A stretch of 63,836 nt of DNA, the filler included, from Octopus bimaculoides (Eukaryota), in assembly GCF_001194135.2 (NCBI RefSeq). It is 7 parts of 6 records of this genome, joined end to end, with 100 filler letters (N's around TTAATTAATTAA, not from the genome) between each part and the next. Parts side by side here need not be neighbours in the genome. Positions count along the whole stretch, not along the records: positions 62,652 to 63,836 come from NC_069002.1; 6 more parts are not named here. One strand, given 5' to 3'. Shown here piece by piece: positions 62,652 to 63,836 of the stretch; within the stretch, counting starts at the first letter, position 1; every line of letters starts with the position of its first letter. The translations under genes were made by a program, and so were the position numbers. The notes under the pieces are model-generated. The model was not told the origin of the DNA, ran no database searches, and worked only from the letters and a program-made list of their open reading frames with translations.

Positions 62652-63836
62652 CCGGCTAATTTCCCAACCCTGTCTAAGGTGTAGCGGAGAAGGTGAAGGT
62701 TGTCCTGGATCGACCTGCCTGGGATTGCACAGGTTTGTGCCTTCCCGACAAGCTTCTCCACGACAGCCGTCAACCTTTTAGCTAACACCTTGGCCAAAAT
62801 CTTTAACTCTACGTTAAGTAGAGTTATGGGCCTGTAGTTACTAATGCTATCCCCCTTGCTTGGATCCTTCTGGATCAGCGTCACAACTCCCCGAACACCC
62901 GAGCAAAATGCTGGTGAAAAGCCTTTTGCATCTCCTCCTGTCCATAGATCCTGCGTCCCTACTCGTCAGTTAATACAGGACTTCTTGCCCTTCTGACTCT
63001 CCACACGACGTGCCCATCTGGCTACGTTGATACCCTCTCGTTTCCCAGCGCGTAATTTAGCTCTGACTCAGCACCCTTCATGTTTGGCATTGAGGTGACG
63101 GTACAAAACCGTTCTCGCCGCCGTCACTCTGGATGCGGAGCCAGATTCCATTGCCTCATCTAGACTCTTGACTAAGTCACCCTCTATTCTAGTCCTATCT
63201 AAACTTAGCTGATTGCTAGATCTAATGGACTCAAGACGGATGGCTCTCTTGAGGGCGTGCCACCATCTATTATTAATGATGGTGCCACAGAATGCCCTTT
63301 GCACTAACTCCTTAATCCGGATACGGAAAGCTTCACAAGCCAAAATAGACTTGTTTTTCCAATACCCGAGTCCCTGTCTATATGAACCTCACACGTCACA
63401 AGTTTGTGATCCGTGTAAGGCACAATACAAACATGTGGACAGCTAAAGCTATGCTTATCTCTTTCCTTAACAAAAATTCCGTCTATGTACGATCTGTGTG
63501 AGCCGTCGTTATTACTCCACGTCCACTGTAGAACGCTCGGCTCATCCAGTCGGTAGCGGTCTACTAGATTAAAGCTCTCTAGTAGACCCTTGAGGCAAGG
63601 ATTCCCTTTCCTATTGGTGGAGCCTACACTATCGACGCGCGCATCCAGAATAGTGTTGAAGTCCCCTAGCAAAACTACAGTTTTAGTCGTCAATAAAAAG
63701 TACTCCAGGTTCCGAAAAAAACCCGACTGCCCCTGTCCGTTAGGAGCATAGGCAGCTACCAACCTGAAGGACTGCTTACTTTCATGTGTTACATCTAGGA
63801 CGACCAGCCTACCTTCTGGGTCCAGAAAGACAGTAC
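62652..63836 (-). mobile_element. L1/Tx1-clade LINE ORF2 fragment (AP endonuclease, linker, start of RT), frameshifted with an internal deletion
   Basis: RLVAAYAPN...LLGDFN...WTWSN...RSYIDGIF...YTDHKLV, then WWHALKRAIR, then TLIQKDPSKGDSISNYRPITLLNVELKILAKVLAKRL...QTCAIPGRSIQDNLHL. Confidence 0.9.

Overview
This is AT-rich, microsatellite-dense animal genomic DNA. The SINE set (tRNA-Arg-like, CORE-like and Meta-like heads) suggests a coleoid cephalopod, probably Octopus; this is inference from remembered repeat sequences, not a database hit. I find no credible host protein-coding gene, true tRNA, rRNA or CRISPR array. The long ORFs in the supplied track are gap or microsatellite artefacts or transposon fragments. 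The window is seven segments joined by six identical 100-bp artificial linkers (44N-TTAATTAATTAA-44N), so adjacency across them is not trustworthy. Recognisable content is decayed transposons: several tRNA-derived SINE families; LINE fragments (CR1-group, RTE, L1/Tx1, R4/Dong); at least three Penelope-like elements (PLEs); and hAT, Ginger2/KRBA2-like and possibly piggyBac remnants. The most interesting signals are: (1) about ten type I hammerhead-ribozyme-like motifs, most with self-palindromic stem III, one with a non-canonical CUGUUGA core, several tied to inverted repeats; (2) a dispersed element carrying patterned TTAGGG-variant arrays, one locus arranged like a telomere fusion; (3) a SINE whose alternative 3' tail matches the 3' end of a Tx1-type LINE; (4) a head-to-head pair of tRNA-like heads with an R4/Dong insertion in its (AAT)n tract; (5) many long inverted repeats able to form dsRNA. 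All alignments and folds were done by eye and boundaries are approximate.
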